From Eledone cirrhosa (taxonomy: Eukaryota): a DNA stretch of 64,000 bases. Of the stretch, positions 41,104 through 54,221 are shown one piece after another; positions within the stretch are counted from its first letter, which is position 1; the number at the start of each line of letters is the position of its first letter. A program made the position numbers and the translations under genes. The stretch covers positions 26,350,001 through 26,414,000 of the forward strand of contig OZ024758.1 of NCBI GenBank assembly GCA_964016885.1, given 5' to 3'. The notes beneath the pieces are model-generated. The model made no database searches. It was given only the letters and a program-made list of their open reading frames with translations, and was not told where the DNA came from.

Positions 41104-41243
41104 TACAGGGTGTCCCAAAAAATATATTTACTCTTTTACCTGTTCCAGCCATCCGGCTGAGGCCATGCTGGGGCACCGCCCTGGTACACACTTTGATTAG
41201 AATGCTGTTGAAGTGTGTATACATTTTTGGGGGACACCTTGTA
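41104..41243. mobile_element. Tc1/mariner-type MITE (TA target) with a short retro-tail insertion
   Basis: TA-CAGGGTGTCCCAAAAA...TTTTTGGGGGACACCTTG-TA; relatives at about 19797-19900, 33288-33363 and 58741-58826. Confidence 0.7.
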
Positions 41244-41654
41244 TACTAATAAAAATGTAATACATATACACACACATACATACACAATCGAAAAGATAAA
41301 GGCAGTACTTATATATATATATATATATATATCATCATTTTACGCCCACCTTTCCCTGCTTGCAAGGGTGGGACGAGAACTGATTCTGGCTTGATTTCTA
41401 CAGCTGGATGCCCTTCCTAACACCAACCTCATTTACAGTGAGTGCTGGGTGCTTTTTTGCCATAGCACCTCCACGACCACTTTGCAGTGGAATGATAGGG
41501 ACCCCAGTCCCTATCATCTCATTTCTACAGCTGAGTAAACTGGAGCAATGTGAAATGAAGTGCCTTGCTCAAGGAAACAACACATCATCCAGTCTGAGAA
41601 TTGAACTCGATTTCGATTGCAAGGCCAATGCTCTAACCACTAAGCCATGTGCCT

Positions 41655-41804
<150 letters not shown>

Positions 41805-42616
41805 ATATTAAATAACAACTGCATGTAATATATAAAAGAAATATATGTATCAGAATAAGATAACTTAAAAAGCAAGATAACATTACTAGACCAATCTATG
41901 AGCTTTTGACAGCTTAGCCAACACATAGCACTGCATCTAAACAATGACTCATTTTTATTCATCGTTTTCTCTAGAATTTTGTCTCTGATGTTCTTTAATG
42001 TTCGTCTTTTCTTTGTAAATTGCTATTTTATTTATGTTGCTACAATTCTTCTTTATATTTCTGCTGGCCCATTCATCCTAGAAGACTCCACCCCATCTTT
42101 CTATGGATTCAGGTTGTTTAAACTGAAAGTTCTAAAGATAACAGCTATTCATGTATTCCCCACCCACCTTGTATTCAATGCGTTGCTTTCTTTAATTGAA
42201 TTCTTTTAAAGCAGAACTTGAGATTAGAATGGCACATGTTGCCTCAATCTTCTGTTTTCTTTAGTAGGTATTTTTTGTTTTATATATAATGTTAGTTTTT
42301 CTTTATTTTTATTTGTTGTGAAAAAATAAACCAGCACTGAAAAGATACAACATTAATTCTTTTTAAGTAGATCTTTGCTATTTAGTATAAATTGAGGGAA
42401 AGAGGTTGGGGGAGTCTTAAAAACTCAGGTATAGTTTGGCATTCTGCTGAATAAGTGCAGACTAAAAATAAAATGAAACTCTACAGATCTAATTGACTCC
42501 CAAAGAAAGAATCCTTCTTGTATGACAATTTCCATAGCTGCATAACTAATTTGTCAACCAAGATGAGCTTTCCTATAAAAATTCTTATAAATAATCTTTA
42601 CTGCTCCATATCCCAC

Positions 42617-42637
42617 CTGAATCACATTTTTTCCTAC
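42617..42637 (-). CDS. Candidate 21-nt phase-1 microexon (G-RKKCDS)
   Basis: catctttttcag|GTAGGAAAAAATGTGATTCAG|gtggga; donor is weak. Confidence 0.2.
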
Positions 42638-43189
42638 CTGAAAAAGATGAACAACATATTTTAACCCCTTTTATACCAAACTACCTGGAACTGCCTTTGG
42701 TGCTACAATACTAAACTGTTTATTTCAAAGTGTTTATATTTATCTGAAAACTTCCATCATAATTTTATATAAAAACATGTAAGTTATGTTCCAAAAAGAA
42801 GCTTAATAAACAGAAATTTTGCTATTTTACAAAGTCCTCCCAAATTGTTATTTTCAAAATGATTTGAAAACAATAGTGAATGTTCTTCTTTAGAAATATG
42901 GTAATAAAGGGGTTAACTGTTTCATTCTGTTGTCTCAAAAGTTGCTATATAGATGCTATACAAAAATAAATTGTTAGTAACTTTTAAGTTTATATTGTTG
43001 TTGTCTTTATGGGGTTCCATATCTTTTTGTCTTAATGTATTATAACCACAAAGAAGAGGGACAGGTCTTCTCATATGTGTTACTGTTAAAAAAATGTGGG
43101 CCTCAATCAAGGACCAAGTACTTCATTATATAATAGCTACTCTCTTACTATACATAATATTTATGTGTATTAACTGTTCAATTTAATTA

Positions 43190-43566
43190 CTGTATTTCCT
43201 GGTGTCGAAGACACTACTTTTTTCCTAAAATAAGTCTCAAAAATCTACCATGCGTCCTGGAGGCCGAAGGTTGTTTATTATTTATTTTTCAAATGGTGGC
43301 CAGTGGATTGGCAGTATCGGTAGAGGGTCGGACGCCATGCTTTGACGCATAGAGTTACGGGCCTTGCCATTCTGAGTTCAAATCCCGCCGAGGTTAACTT
43401 TGCCTTTCATCCTTATGGGGTCGATAAAATAAAGTACCAGTAATACACTGGGTAATTGCTGGCCTTGTGCCAAAAGTAGAAACAATTATTTATTTTTCAA
43501 ATTTTTGGTTGTCAAAATTAGGGTGTGTCCTCAAGGACGAAGCGTCTTCGGGGCCGGGAAATACGG
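43190..43566. mobile_element. Tc1/mariner-superfamily MITE split by an S2 SINE (43295-43490, +)
   Basis: TA-CTGTATTTCCTGG...CCGGGAAATACGG-TA; SINE TSD attatttatttttcaaat. Confidence 0.78.
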
Positions 43567-43614
43567 TATGTGCATTTAGATGTTTATGAATTTGTATGAA
43601 TGTAAGTCTTTCTT

Positions 43615-43925
43615 ACGACGATGTATGTTCCAGCTGATCCGACCAACAGAACAGCCTGTTCGTGAAATTAATATGCGAGCGGCTGAGTATTCCACAGACA
43701 TGTGTAACCCTTTATGTAGTTCTCAGGGAGATTCAGTGTGACACAGTGTGTGACAAGGCTGGTCCTTTGAACTACAGGTACAACTCATTTTTGCCAAATG
43801 AGTGTATTAGAGCAACATGAAATAAAGTGTCTTGCTCAAGGACACAATGCGCTGCTGGGAATCGAACTCACAACCTTACAATTGTGAGCTAAATACCCTA
43901 ACCACAAAGCCACGCGCCGTCACTA
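43615..43925 (-). mobile_element. tRNA-derived SINE, fourth family
   Basis: Head gacggcgcgtggctttgtggttagg...gagttcgattccc and CORE-like gtccttgagcaagacacttt. Confidence 0.75.
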
Positions 43926-44260
43926 CAATAATATATAGATAAAAGCCAACAGAAATAGCAAGTAAATTATTGTCAGATAGAAAAGGGAGTTATGTGTAGG
44001 AACCGTTTATTTAGGTATTTTTTATCTTATTTTACACTGCTTTCATGTTTATCTAATTATTGATTTGTATTTATTTAAGAGGCAACCATCTTGTTACAAA
44101 TACTGTCAGCTGTAAGGAATGATAGAGGGGCATCTTATTTAGTGTTCAGTCTTACATCACCAGTGTTTCAGTTAGGGTTTAATGTCTATACACAAGTTTG
44201 GGAGGTTTGTGAACACATATATACACCCCACCCCTCTCTCTCTCTCTCACACATTCTCTT

Positions 44261-45868
44261 ATGATAAAAGCTGACCTTGCGCAACTGAACCTCTCAAAGA
44301 CGATGACACGGGCATTAAGCAGTAATACAGAAGACATGTCTTCCCATGCACACAGTCGCAAACATACATCTAGTAAGCACCTCTTAACCACTTTACCTCC
44401 ACCCACTCACTCCTGTCCACATCAACCTTACACTGTAAATAAAATATATCCAGCCCTCACTGTAAAGTGGTCATGTAGGCGTCACAACAAAAAGCACCCA
44501 GCCCACACTGTAAAGTGGTCATGTAGGCGTCACAATAAAAAGCACCCAGCCCACACTGTAAAGTGGTCATGTAGGTGTCACAACAAAAAGCACCCAGCCC
44601 ACACTATAAAGTGGTCATGTAGGTGTCACAACAAAAAGCACCCAGCCCACACTGTAAAGTGGTTATGTAGGTGTCACAACAAAAAGTACCCAGCCCTCAC
44701 TGTAAAGTGGTCATGTAGATGTCACAACAAAAAGCACCCAGCCCTCACTGTAAAGTGGTCATGTAGGTGTCACAACAAAAAGCACCCAGCCCACACTGTA
44801 AAGTGGTTATGTAGGTGTCACAACAAAAAGTACCCAGCCCTCACTGTAAAGTGGTCATGTAGATGTCACAACAAAAAGCACCCAGCCCTCACTGTAAAGT
44901 GGTCATGTAGGTGTCACAACAAAAAGCACCCAGCCCTCACTGTAAAGTGGTCATGTAGGCGTCTGAACAAAAAGCACCCAGCCCTCACTGTAAAGTGGTC
45001 ATGTAGGCGTCTGAACAAAAAGCACCCAGCCCTCACTGTAAAGTGGTCATGTAGGTGTCACAACAAAAAGCACCCAGCCAACACTGTAAAGTGGTCATGT
45101 AGGTGTCACAACAAAAAGCACCCAGCCCTCACTGTAAAGTGGTCATGTAGGTGTCACAACAAAAAGCACCCAGCCCTCACTGTAAAGTGGTTATGTAGGT
45201 GTCACAACAAAAAGTACCCAGCCCTCACTATAAAGTGGTCATGTAGGTATCACAACAAAAAGCACCCAGCCCACACTGTAAAGTGGTCATGTAGGTGTCA
45301 CAACAAAAAGCACCCAGCCCACACTGTAAAGTGGTCATGTAGGCGTCTGAACAAAAAGCACCCAGCCCACACTGTAAAGTGGTCATGTAGGCGTCACAAC
45401 AAAAAGCACCCAGCCCACACTGTAAAGTGGTCATGTAGGTGTCACAACAAAAAGCACCCAGCCCACACTGTAAAGTGGTCATGTAGGTGTCACAACAAAA
45501 AGCACCCAGCCCTCACTGTAAAGTGGTCATGTAGGTGTCACAACAAAAAGCACCCAGCCCACACTGTAAAGTGGTCATGTAGGCGTCTGAACAAAAAGCA
45601 CCCAGCCCACACTGTAAAGTGGTCATGTAGGCGTCACAATAAAAAGCACCCAGCCCACACTGTAAAGTGGTCATGTAGGCATCACAATAAAAAGCACCCA
45701 GCCCACACTGTAAAGTGGTCATGTAGGCGTCACAATAAAAAGCACCCAGCCCACACTGTAAAGTGGTCATGTTGGCGTCACAATAAAAAGCACCCAGCCC
45801 ACATTGTAAAGTGGTCATGTAGGCGTCACAACAAAAAGCACCCAGCCCACACTGTAAATATGGTTGGA
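44261..45868 (+). repeat. Old RTE 3' end whose UTR segment is expanded into a 48-bp minisatellite (44450-45858, about 29 units)
   Basis: IKADLAQLNLSKTMT ORF remnant; unit cagcccacactgtaaagtggtcatgtaggtgtcacaacaaaaagcacc. Confidence 0.9.
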
Positions 45869-46313
45869 GCACAACTTAATAAAGGTTCTTCGATAAAATT
45901 ATAGCAGAAGGTTTGTAGATAAATATAAACACTTTAAATTTGGAACATAACTTAATAAAGGTTCTTAGATAAAATTATAGCAGAAGGTTTGTAGATAAAT
46001 ATAAACACTTTAAATCTGGAACATAACTTAATAAAGGTTCTTAGATAAACTTATAGTAGGTTTGTAGATAAATATAAACATTTTAAATTTGGAACATAAC
46101 TTAATAAAGGTTCTTAGATAAAATTATAGCAGAAGGTTTGTAGATAAATATAAACACTTTAAATCTGGAACATAACTTAATAAAGGTTCTTAGATAAACT
46201 TATAGTAGGTTTGTAGATAAATATAAACATTTTAAATTTGGAACATAACTTAATAAAGGTTCTTAGATAAAATTATAGCAGAAGGTTTGTAGATAAATAT
46301 AAACACTTTAAAT
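45866..46313. repeat. AT-rich 76/73-bp tandem repeat, about 6 units
   Basis: Unit starts at 45866, 45942, 46018, 46091, 46167 and 46240. Confidence 0.92.
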
Positions 46314-46489
46314 TAAGCAGGTTTGTATATGTGGTTTGTGATCAAAAGAATTAATTTTCAGTATCTTGTTAACACACAAGCATAATTCAATCTACTGACA
46401 ATAGAGATATAAATAGCACACACATAGCACTAGAATGCCAAGCTCTTCTATTCAACTGTACAACTGGTAAAAAATAAATATGTTCTTAC

Positions 46490-46522
46490 CACTACTTTTA
46501 GTTTCTTTTAAATACTCCTTAC
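46490..46522 (-). CDS. Candidate 33-nt phase-1 microexon (xKEYLKETKSS-G)
   Basis: ttttattttatattgcag|GTAAGGAGTATTTAAAAGAAACTAAAAGTAGTG|gtaaga; strong splice sites, one open frame. Confidence 0.4.
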
Positions 46523-47659
46523 CTGCAATATAAAATAAAATGATTGTCAAATTTTTAACAAATACTACATAATTTTTTTTTTTATCATTATAAATACAAA
46601 AAAAAATGACAACTTACAAAACAATGAAAATTTAAAACAATTTTGAGATCTTTGGTGTTATGCGCATGGACTCAAACATACATCTAGTGGGCACCTCTTA
46701 ACCACTATACTCCCTTCCATACACCCCCACCCCCACCCCTACATCCACCCACCCACTTCTGTCCACACCACCCCTATACTGTAAAGTTAGGTTGGTATCA
46801 CAAAAAAAAGCATCCAGTCCACACCCTAAAGTGGTCATGCAGGAGTCACAACAAAATGCACCCGGCACATGCTGTAAATGTGGTTGGTGTTAGGAAAAGC
46901 ATCCAGACGTAGAAACCTAGCCAGAAACAGTTCTATATGAGCAAGACACAGTCACCTGACACAACTTGCCTCTAATGGGACAACCCGTCTAACCCATGCT
47001 AGTGTGGAAAATGGACATTAAATGATGATGATATGAGGGGCAGTGTATATTATCAAGAGATTTGACTTTCTTCTCATTCTTTCAGAGTCAATAAAATAAG
47101 CACCAATTAAACACTGCAATCAAGTATGTACCCTTAGTTAACCCTTTAGCATTCACATTATTTCATATATACTATTATATTTTCATGGTAAAGGCTTTAT
47201 CTCACATAATATCGAATCTATGAGATTTTGAAAGTATTTATTTTGAGAACAATACCTTAACATCAGTTTGAGCGACCAGTTACAGCCAGTTTCAACAGAA
47301 AGAGGTAGAGAATTCTGGCCGGTTTTGGCCGGTTTGAACATTAAAGGGTTAAACCCATCTCTTTTATATGGACTTAGGACTGAATAGTCTCCTCATTTCA
47401 CAAAAGAATGCAGTGAATGAGGAGATGCTGTGGTCAGAAGGACCCATTCATATCATGAAAACATGGGAAAAAATGAACGTAAAAACAATGGTGATGATGA
47501 TGATGATGATTTGAGTAACAATAACCAGGTGGAAATCAACTGGTTCTGAGAAAAACTAGAGGAAGAAAGCGAAAGAAGATTCACCCCCAATACTTGACTG
47601 GTACTTTGTCATTAACATTTATAAAGAGCCCCAACCATTAACCTGGTGCCTGCAGGAAA

Positions 47660-47978
47660 TAATTGTTTCTACTTTTGGCACAAGGCCAGCAATTACCCCC
47701 AGTGCATTACTGGTACTTTATTTTATTGACCCCCGTAAGGATGAAAGGCAAAATTAACCTCGGTGGGATTTGAGCTCAGAACATTAAGGGCCGTAACTCT
47801 ATGCTTTGAAGCATGGTGTCTGACGCTCTACCGATACTGCCAATCCACCACCTTCAGGAAATAATTGTTTCTACTTTAGGCACAAGGCTAGCAATTACCC
47901 CAGTGCATTACTGGTACTTTCTTTTATCGACCCCGTAAGGATGAAAGGCAAAGTAAACCTCGGCAGGATTTGAACTCA
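47660..47978 (-). mobile_element. Tandem pair of S2 SINEs
   Basis: caggaaataat is present before, between and after the two copies; a similar pair lies at 49905-50265. Confidence 0.85.
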
Positions 47979-48104
47979 GGAAATAATAATGATGAAGATG
48001 TAGAAGAAGACCCAGGAACAATATAAATATTAAGTTAATGTTAACATATTCAATGCAGGAAGCATGCAAAAACTAACTAGAAAACAAAAAATACTGTATT
48101 TATT

Positions 48105-48670
48105 CGTGTATTATATGTACTTGTGTATTATATATCACTTGTGTATTATATATCACTTGTGTATTATATATCACTTGTGTATTATATTATATGTACTTGT
48201 GTATTATATATCACTTGTGTATTATATATCACTTGTGTATTATATGTACTTGTGTATTATATATCACTTGTGTATTATATGTACTTGTGTATTATATATC
48301 ACTTGTGTATTATATGTACTTGTGTATTATATATCACTTGTGTATTATATATCACTTGTGTATTATATATCACTTGTGTATTATATATCACTTGTGTATT
48401 ATATGTACTTGTGTATTATATATCACTTGTGTATTATATATCACTTGTGTATTATATGTACTTGTGTATTATATATCACTTGTGTATTATATGTACTTGT
48501 GTATTATATATCACTTGTGTATTATATATCATTTGTGTATTATATGTACTTGTGTATTATATATCACTTGTGTATTATATATCACTTGTGTATTATATAT
48601 CACTTGTGTATTATATATCACTTGTGTATTATATATCACTTGTGTTTTATATGTACTTGTGTATTATATA
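48105..48670. repeat. 17/18-bp minisatellite (cttgtgtattatatgta / cttgtgtattatatatca)
   Basis: Direct reading. Confidence 0.95.
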
Positions 48671-50264
48671 TTTAGGACAAATGAGGCCCTGTGTTAGTTA
48701 AACCATGAGAACCCTTACTTGAGCCCTGAAGGAGGTAAAAAAGTATTTTGGCAGGAAGATTGGCACCCCCTGGCCAACGGGGCCCTGTACTTAAACACAC
48801 CTAAGCACAATGGTAAATCCGGTACTGTATGTCACCCAATTATGGACAATGAAATCTTGGAAAAAAATAACTTCTGTGTTTAAATAATTAGTGACTTTTG
48901 TTCAATATTACGATGTATAGAAAAAAAAAAAGAGTGTTTAGATTTATAATAATTGCTATATAGGATACATTGAAAACATTCACATATCCAAAAGCAAACA
49001 AAAATCAAATTCAAACATGACCTTTGACCTTTTACTCACGTAGACTGTAAAAGTGCACCTGTTGTAAAGTCAACATTGTGGAAATCACACAATCATGTTT
49101 TTACTTTTTCTAGAAAATCAATTTGATTTTCATACTAACAATGTAGTTAAGTAAGTTTATATTCAATTTTACTATTCAGTTATAATATATTTTAGTTTTA
49201 AATCAAGGCAGTTCCCTAGCATGGTTGCAGTCTAATGACTGAAAACAGTAAACACATACATACACATACACATACATATTATTTTACTTTTTACACTATT
49301 GGAGGTGCATGGCTTAGTGGGTAGTGCTTGGGCTTGCAATCGAAAGGTTGTGAGTTCAATACTCGGACCGGGTGATGTGTTATTTCCTTGATTCACATTG
49401 CTCCAGTTTACTCAGCTGTAGAAATGAGATGATAGGACTGGGGTCGCTATCATTCCACTGCAAAGTGGTCGTGGAGGTGCCACAGCAAAAAAAAGCACCC
49501 AGCCCACTCTGTAAAGTGGTCGTGTAGGCGCCACGGAAAAAAAGCACCCAGCACTCACTGTAAATGAGGTTGGTGTTAGGAATGGCATCCAGCTGTAGAA
49601 ATCAAGCCAGAATCAGTTCCCGTCCCACCCTTGCAAGCAAGGAAAAGCGGACGTAAAATGATGATGATGATGATGATGATGATGATGGCCTGACTACAGC
49701 AGATTTCTTCCAGAGAAGGATAGAGAGTGAGAAAGAGATATAGAGGAAGAATCGACTCCATTGAAAGGATGAAAGGCAAAGTTGACCGTGGCAGGATTTT
49801 GAAATCAGAGAGTAGAGAGCTGGACAAATACCACAAAGTATTCTTTCTGACATTCTCTGCCTTACTATTTATATAAGTTGAAAAATACTTGCAGAATTAT
49901 TAAATAATTGTTTCTACTTTTGGCACAAGGCCAGAAATTATCCCAGTGCATTACTGGTACCTTATTTATTTCGACCCCGTAAGGATGAAAGGCAAAATTA
50001 ACCTCGGCGGGATTTGAACTCAGAATGGCAAGGGCCGTAACTCTATGCATCAAAGCATGGCGTCTTCTACCGATACTACCAATCCACTAAATAATTGTTT
50101 CTATTAAAGGTACAAGGTCAGCAATTTGGGGAGAGGAAAAGTTGATTAAATTTACCCCAGTGCATTACTGGTGCTTTATTTTATCAACCCCGTAAGGATG
50201 AAAAGCATAGCTGACCTTGACTGGGTTTGAAGTCAGAACGTAAAGAGACATAACTCTATGAAGC

Positions 50265-50570
50265 ATGCTACCACCACCACCACCACCACCACCACCATCA
50301 ACACCATCATTATCATCAATCATTATTTTACATCTATCTAGATAGGCAGTTATGTTCTGAATCTATATTCTAATATCATCACTACCACCACCACCACTAC
50401 CAAAACCATCACCACCACCACCACCACTACCAAAACCATCACCATCACCACCACCAAAACCATCACCACCATCACCACCACCACCACCAAAACTACAACC
50501 ATCGCCACCACCACTACCACCACTGCCATCACCACTGCCACCACCACCACCACCACCACCACCATCATCA
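50265..50570. repeat. Degenerate (ACC)n/(ATC)n trinucleotide tract
   Basis: Direct reading. Confidence 0.9.
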
Positions 50571-50766
50571 ATCACTGTTTTACATCTATTTTCCATGCAT
50601 GCATGGGTTAGACAGGTTGTCATGTTCTGAGACTACTGTCTTACTCTCATACATTCCATTTTAGCATGGTTTTTACAGTTGCATGCCCTTCCTGATACCA
50701 ACCACTTTACAGTATGTAATGGCTTCATTTTCTCATGGCACCAACAACTACCATCTAACAAGGTAT

Positions 50767-52020
50767 ATCATCATCATCATTTTACGTCTGCTTTTCCGTT
50801 TGCAAGGGTGGGACGGGTCTTATTCAGCACAGCATCTCTCCACTTGTCAGTCTTTCGTCATCTCCACCGTGAGCTTCAGCGATCTGAGGTCTGTTCTTAC
50901 CACCTCCGCCCATGTTTTTCGTGGTCTACCTCTACCACGTCTTCCTTCAACTGGCATTTCCTGGCACTTCTTCACCCAGCGGTCATCCTCCATGTGCATC
51001 ACATGTCCATACCACCTCAGTCTCCTCTCTCGCACACTACATTCTATCCCTCTCAGACAGTTTCTCTCTCAACACATCACATGTCCATACCACCGCAGTC
51101 TCCTCTCTCGCACACTACATTCTATCCCTCTCAGACACAGTTTCTCTCTCAACACATCACATGTCCATACCACCTCAGTCTCCTCTCTCGCACACTACAT
51201 TCTATCCCTCTCAGACACAGTTTCTCTCTCAACACATCACATGTCCATACCACCTCAGTCTCCTCTCTCGCACACTACATTCTATCCCTCTGACACAGTT
51301 TCTCAACACATCACATGTCCATACCACCTCAGTCTCCTCTCTCGCACACTACATTCTATCCCTCTCAGACACAGTTTCTCTCTCAACACATCACATGTCC
51401 ATACCACCTCAGTCTCCTCTCTCGCACACTACATTCTATCCCTCTCAGACACAGTTTCTCTCTCCAAACATCACATGTCCATACCACCTCAGTCTCCTCT
51501 CTCGCACACTACATTCTATCCCTCTCAGACACAGTTTCTCTCTCAACACATCACATGTCCATACCACCGCAGTCTCCTCTCTCGCACACTACATTCTATC
51601 CCTCTCAGACACAGTTTCTCTCTCAACACATCACATGTCCATACCACCTCAGTCTCCTCTCTCGCACACTACATTCTATCCCTCTCAGACACAGTTTCTC
51701 TCTCAACACATCACATGTCCATACCACCGCAGTCTCCTCTCTCGCACACTACATTCTATCCCTCTCAGACACAGTTTCTCTCTCAACACATCACATGTCC
51801 ATACCACCGCAGTCTCCTCTCTCGCACACTACATTCTATCCCTCTCAGACACAGTTTCTCTCTCAACACATCACATGTCCATACCACCTCAGTCTCCTCT
51901 CCCGTACACTACATTCTATCCCTCTCAGACACAGTTTCTCTCTCAACACATCCATGTTGGGTCGTTCACACACATTGACATTGCACATCCAACGGAGCAT
52001 GCTTGCCTCATTTCTTTCTA
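50767..52020 (-). mobile_element. RTE family A 3' end with an 80-bp coding segment amplified about 12 times (51001-51950)
   Basis: Flanks are colinear with 34950-35330; the unit corresponds to 35017-35096. Confidence 0.93.
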
Positions 52021-52414
52021 TACTAGGTGCTTATTTTCATGGCACCAGCAATGTCATTCTACAGTTGTAATGTCACTGGTGCCAAGTTGTGTCAGCCTTT
52101 GTCTTTCTCTTGGACAACATTGGTGGCAAGTAGAGAGAAAGAGACTGGCCTGCATGGGCAACTGGTGGTCTTCCACAAACAAACCCTTCCCAGTCTTGTG
52201 CCTTGGTGGGGTCTTTACCGCCCACCCCCTCTCTCTCTCTCTATATATATATATATATGATAAGTTATCCCAGGTTTAATCGGGGGGTAGCCACAGTAAG
52301 TAAGGTACTCAATACATAGCAGAGTATAAATGTTTTAATATAGAAAAGCTTCTACAGGCTAAATGATAAGTTATTCCGGGTTGAATCAGAGGGTAAACCA
52401 CAGTAAGTAAGGTA

Positions 52415-52476
<62 letters not shown>

Positions 52477-52593
52477 ACTTAAATATTTTGACATATAATT
52501 GTATTGATATAAACCTGCAAAACATGCTAAGCGTGTCTTCAGTTGAAGTGAAAGAAGATCTGGAAATGTTGAGCTTCGCAAAAAGATTTATAT

Positions 52594-52692
<99 letters not shown>

Positions 52693-52800
52693 GAAAAATG
52701 AAACGAAATTTCATTTCCCACTCTTAGTACGGCTGTATGTATGGGTATATATATACATACTTCTGTATGTCTGTATACATATATGTATGTACGTGTACAT

Positions 52801-52914
<114 letters not shown>

Positions 52915-53757
52915 TTCTGTATTGGAAACATGTATAGAAACATCTATTAAATTGATGATGTCAATGTGGTTGATGATGATGATGATGATGATGATGATGC
53001 TGATGCTGATGCTGCTAGCCGCCATGAGATCATGTTTTATAAGATTTGCTGTCAGTAAATTCAAATAACTAGGTGTCAATATTATTTTTTGCTTGTTTAT
53101 TTCATCTTCTTTCAGAAACTAATATACAATGATGCAGTTTTATCATGACCACCATTTGAGATTGGTGAAATAATAAATTTTCAACTCATTTTATTTTCTT
53201 ATATTTTATTCCTTCTTATTATAATATCTAAAGCTGTCTCTCAATCTCCATCTCAATATTGTGTTTTGTGAGAAAAGAAAAGTTTCATTTAAGGGAATAA
53301 GCAAATAGATTTTTTTTTCCCATCTATCTCTTCTATATTTTCTACTATATCTTCTATAGTTCTGATTACAACTGAACTACTACCAAACAAAATTTTTATT
53401 CCTTTAGGATTCATTTATTTTATACTTGTCACTAGACAAAATTGCATCAGCTATCTTCCATCTGTGACAAATAAATCCAGAAGGATTCACATTAAGACCA
53501 CTCAATTAGAAATATTTTATTGGGATTGTCATGTGCTATTAGCCATCCATCTGAATGGCTTTTACACTGCCTCAATGCATCAGTGAAGACCAGCGGGCGG
53601 TTGTATAGTTTTTGTGAGCATAAGATAATCTAATTCAGTTATGGAAATTGTGAAATAAGAATTACAGTTAATTGAAAGTAATAATTCTAATAAAACGTAT
53701 AAATAAACCTAGCTTAGCTGCATATGAAATTATCATTATTCCCATGTGAATACTTAC

Positions 53758-53813
53758 AACTGAGACTCCACAAAAACTGCATCACAGACTACCTGTCTAG
53801 GAGCGCAGTAATT
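53758..53813 (-). CDS. Candidate internal exon (NYCAPRQVVCDAVFVESQ)
   Basis: gttcttattcag acceptor, gtaagt donor, one open frame (phase 0 to 2), GC-richer than its flanks. Confidence 0.35.
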
Positions 53814-54055
53814 CTGAATAAGAACTGATAAAGAGTGGAGTAGACTTTTTAGTTCTTCTCACATGAGAAAATCTCTATCGTGTTGATGGGATGATTAAAT
53901 GTATATAGTGCACTCTGTACATAGAGTTAACATTATCCTATATGTCTGTCCTTATCATAAGATAAGGTGTGATTTGAGGTAAGTTTGGCTGCTACTTCTA
54001 TGACATTAAAATGATGCAAGAGATCAAGATTAATGATATTTATCATTCCAAGACC

Positions 54056-54221
54056 CAGTGCCAGATTTAGGACAAATGAGGCACTGTGCTAGTTAAGTTA
54101 TGAGGCCCTAAACATTTGAAAAAATTCATTGTAAAAACATTTTTTGGCAGGAAGATGGGGTGCCCCGGCCAATGAGGCCTTTGCTTAAGCATACCTAAGC
54201 ACAAAGGTAAATATGGCACTG
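54056..54221. mobile_element. hAT-type MITE
   Basis: TIR CAGTGCCAGATTTA/TAAATATGGCACTG; 8-bp TSD ccaagacc/ccgagacc; truncated relative at 48670-48827. Confidence 0.8.

Noticed and set aside
44261-45904. 547-aa Cys/His/Lys repeat ORF resembling a metal-binding protein
   Set aside because: 48-bp array of a non-coding retroelement segment found as single or double copies throughout the window.
50363-50623. Gly-rich (GGGGDG) ORF
   Set aside because: Degenerate (ACC)n tract at the tail of a retroelement remnant, with no splice or start context.
50679-52279. Overlapping 200-450 aa ORFs
   Set aside because: Antisense frames of an RTE fragment with an 80-bp tandem expansion.
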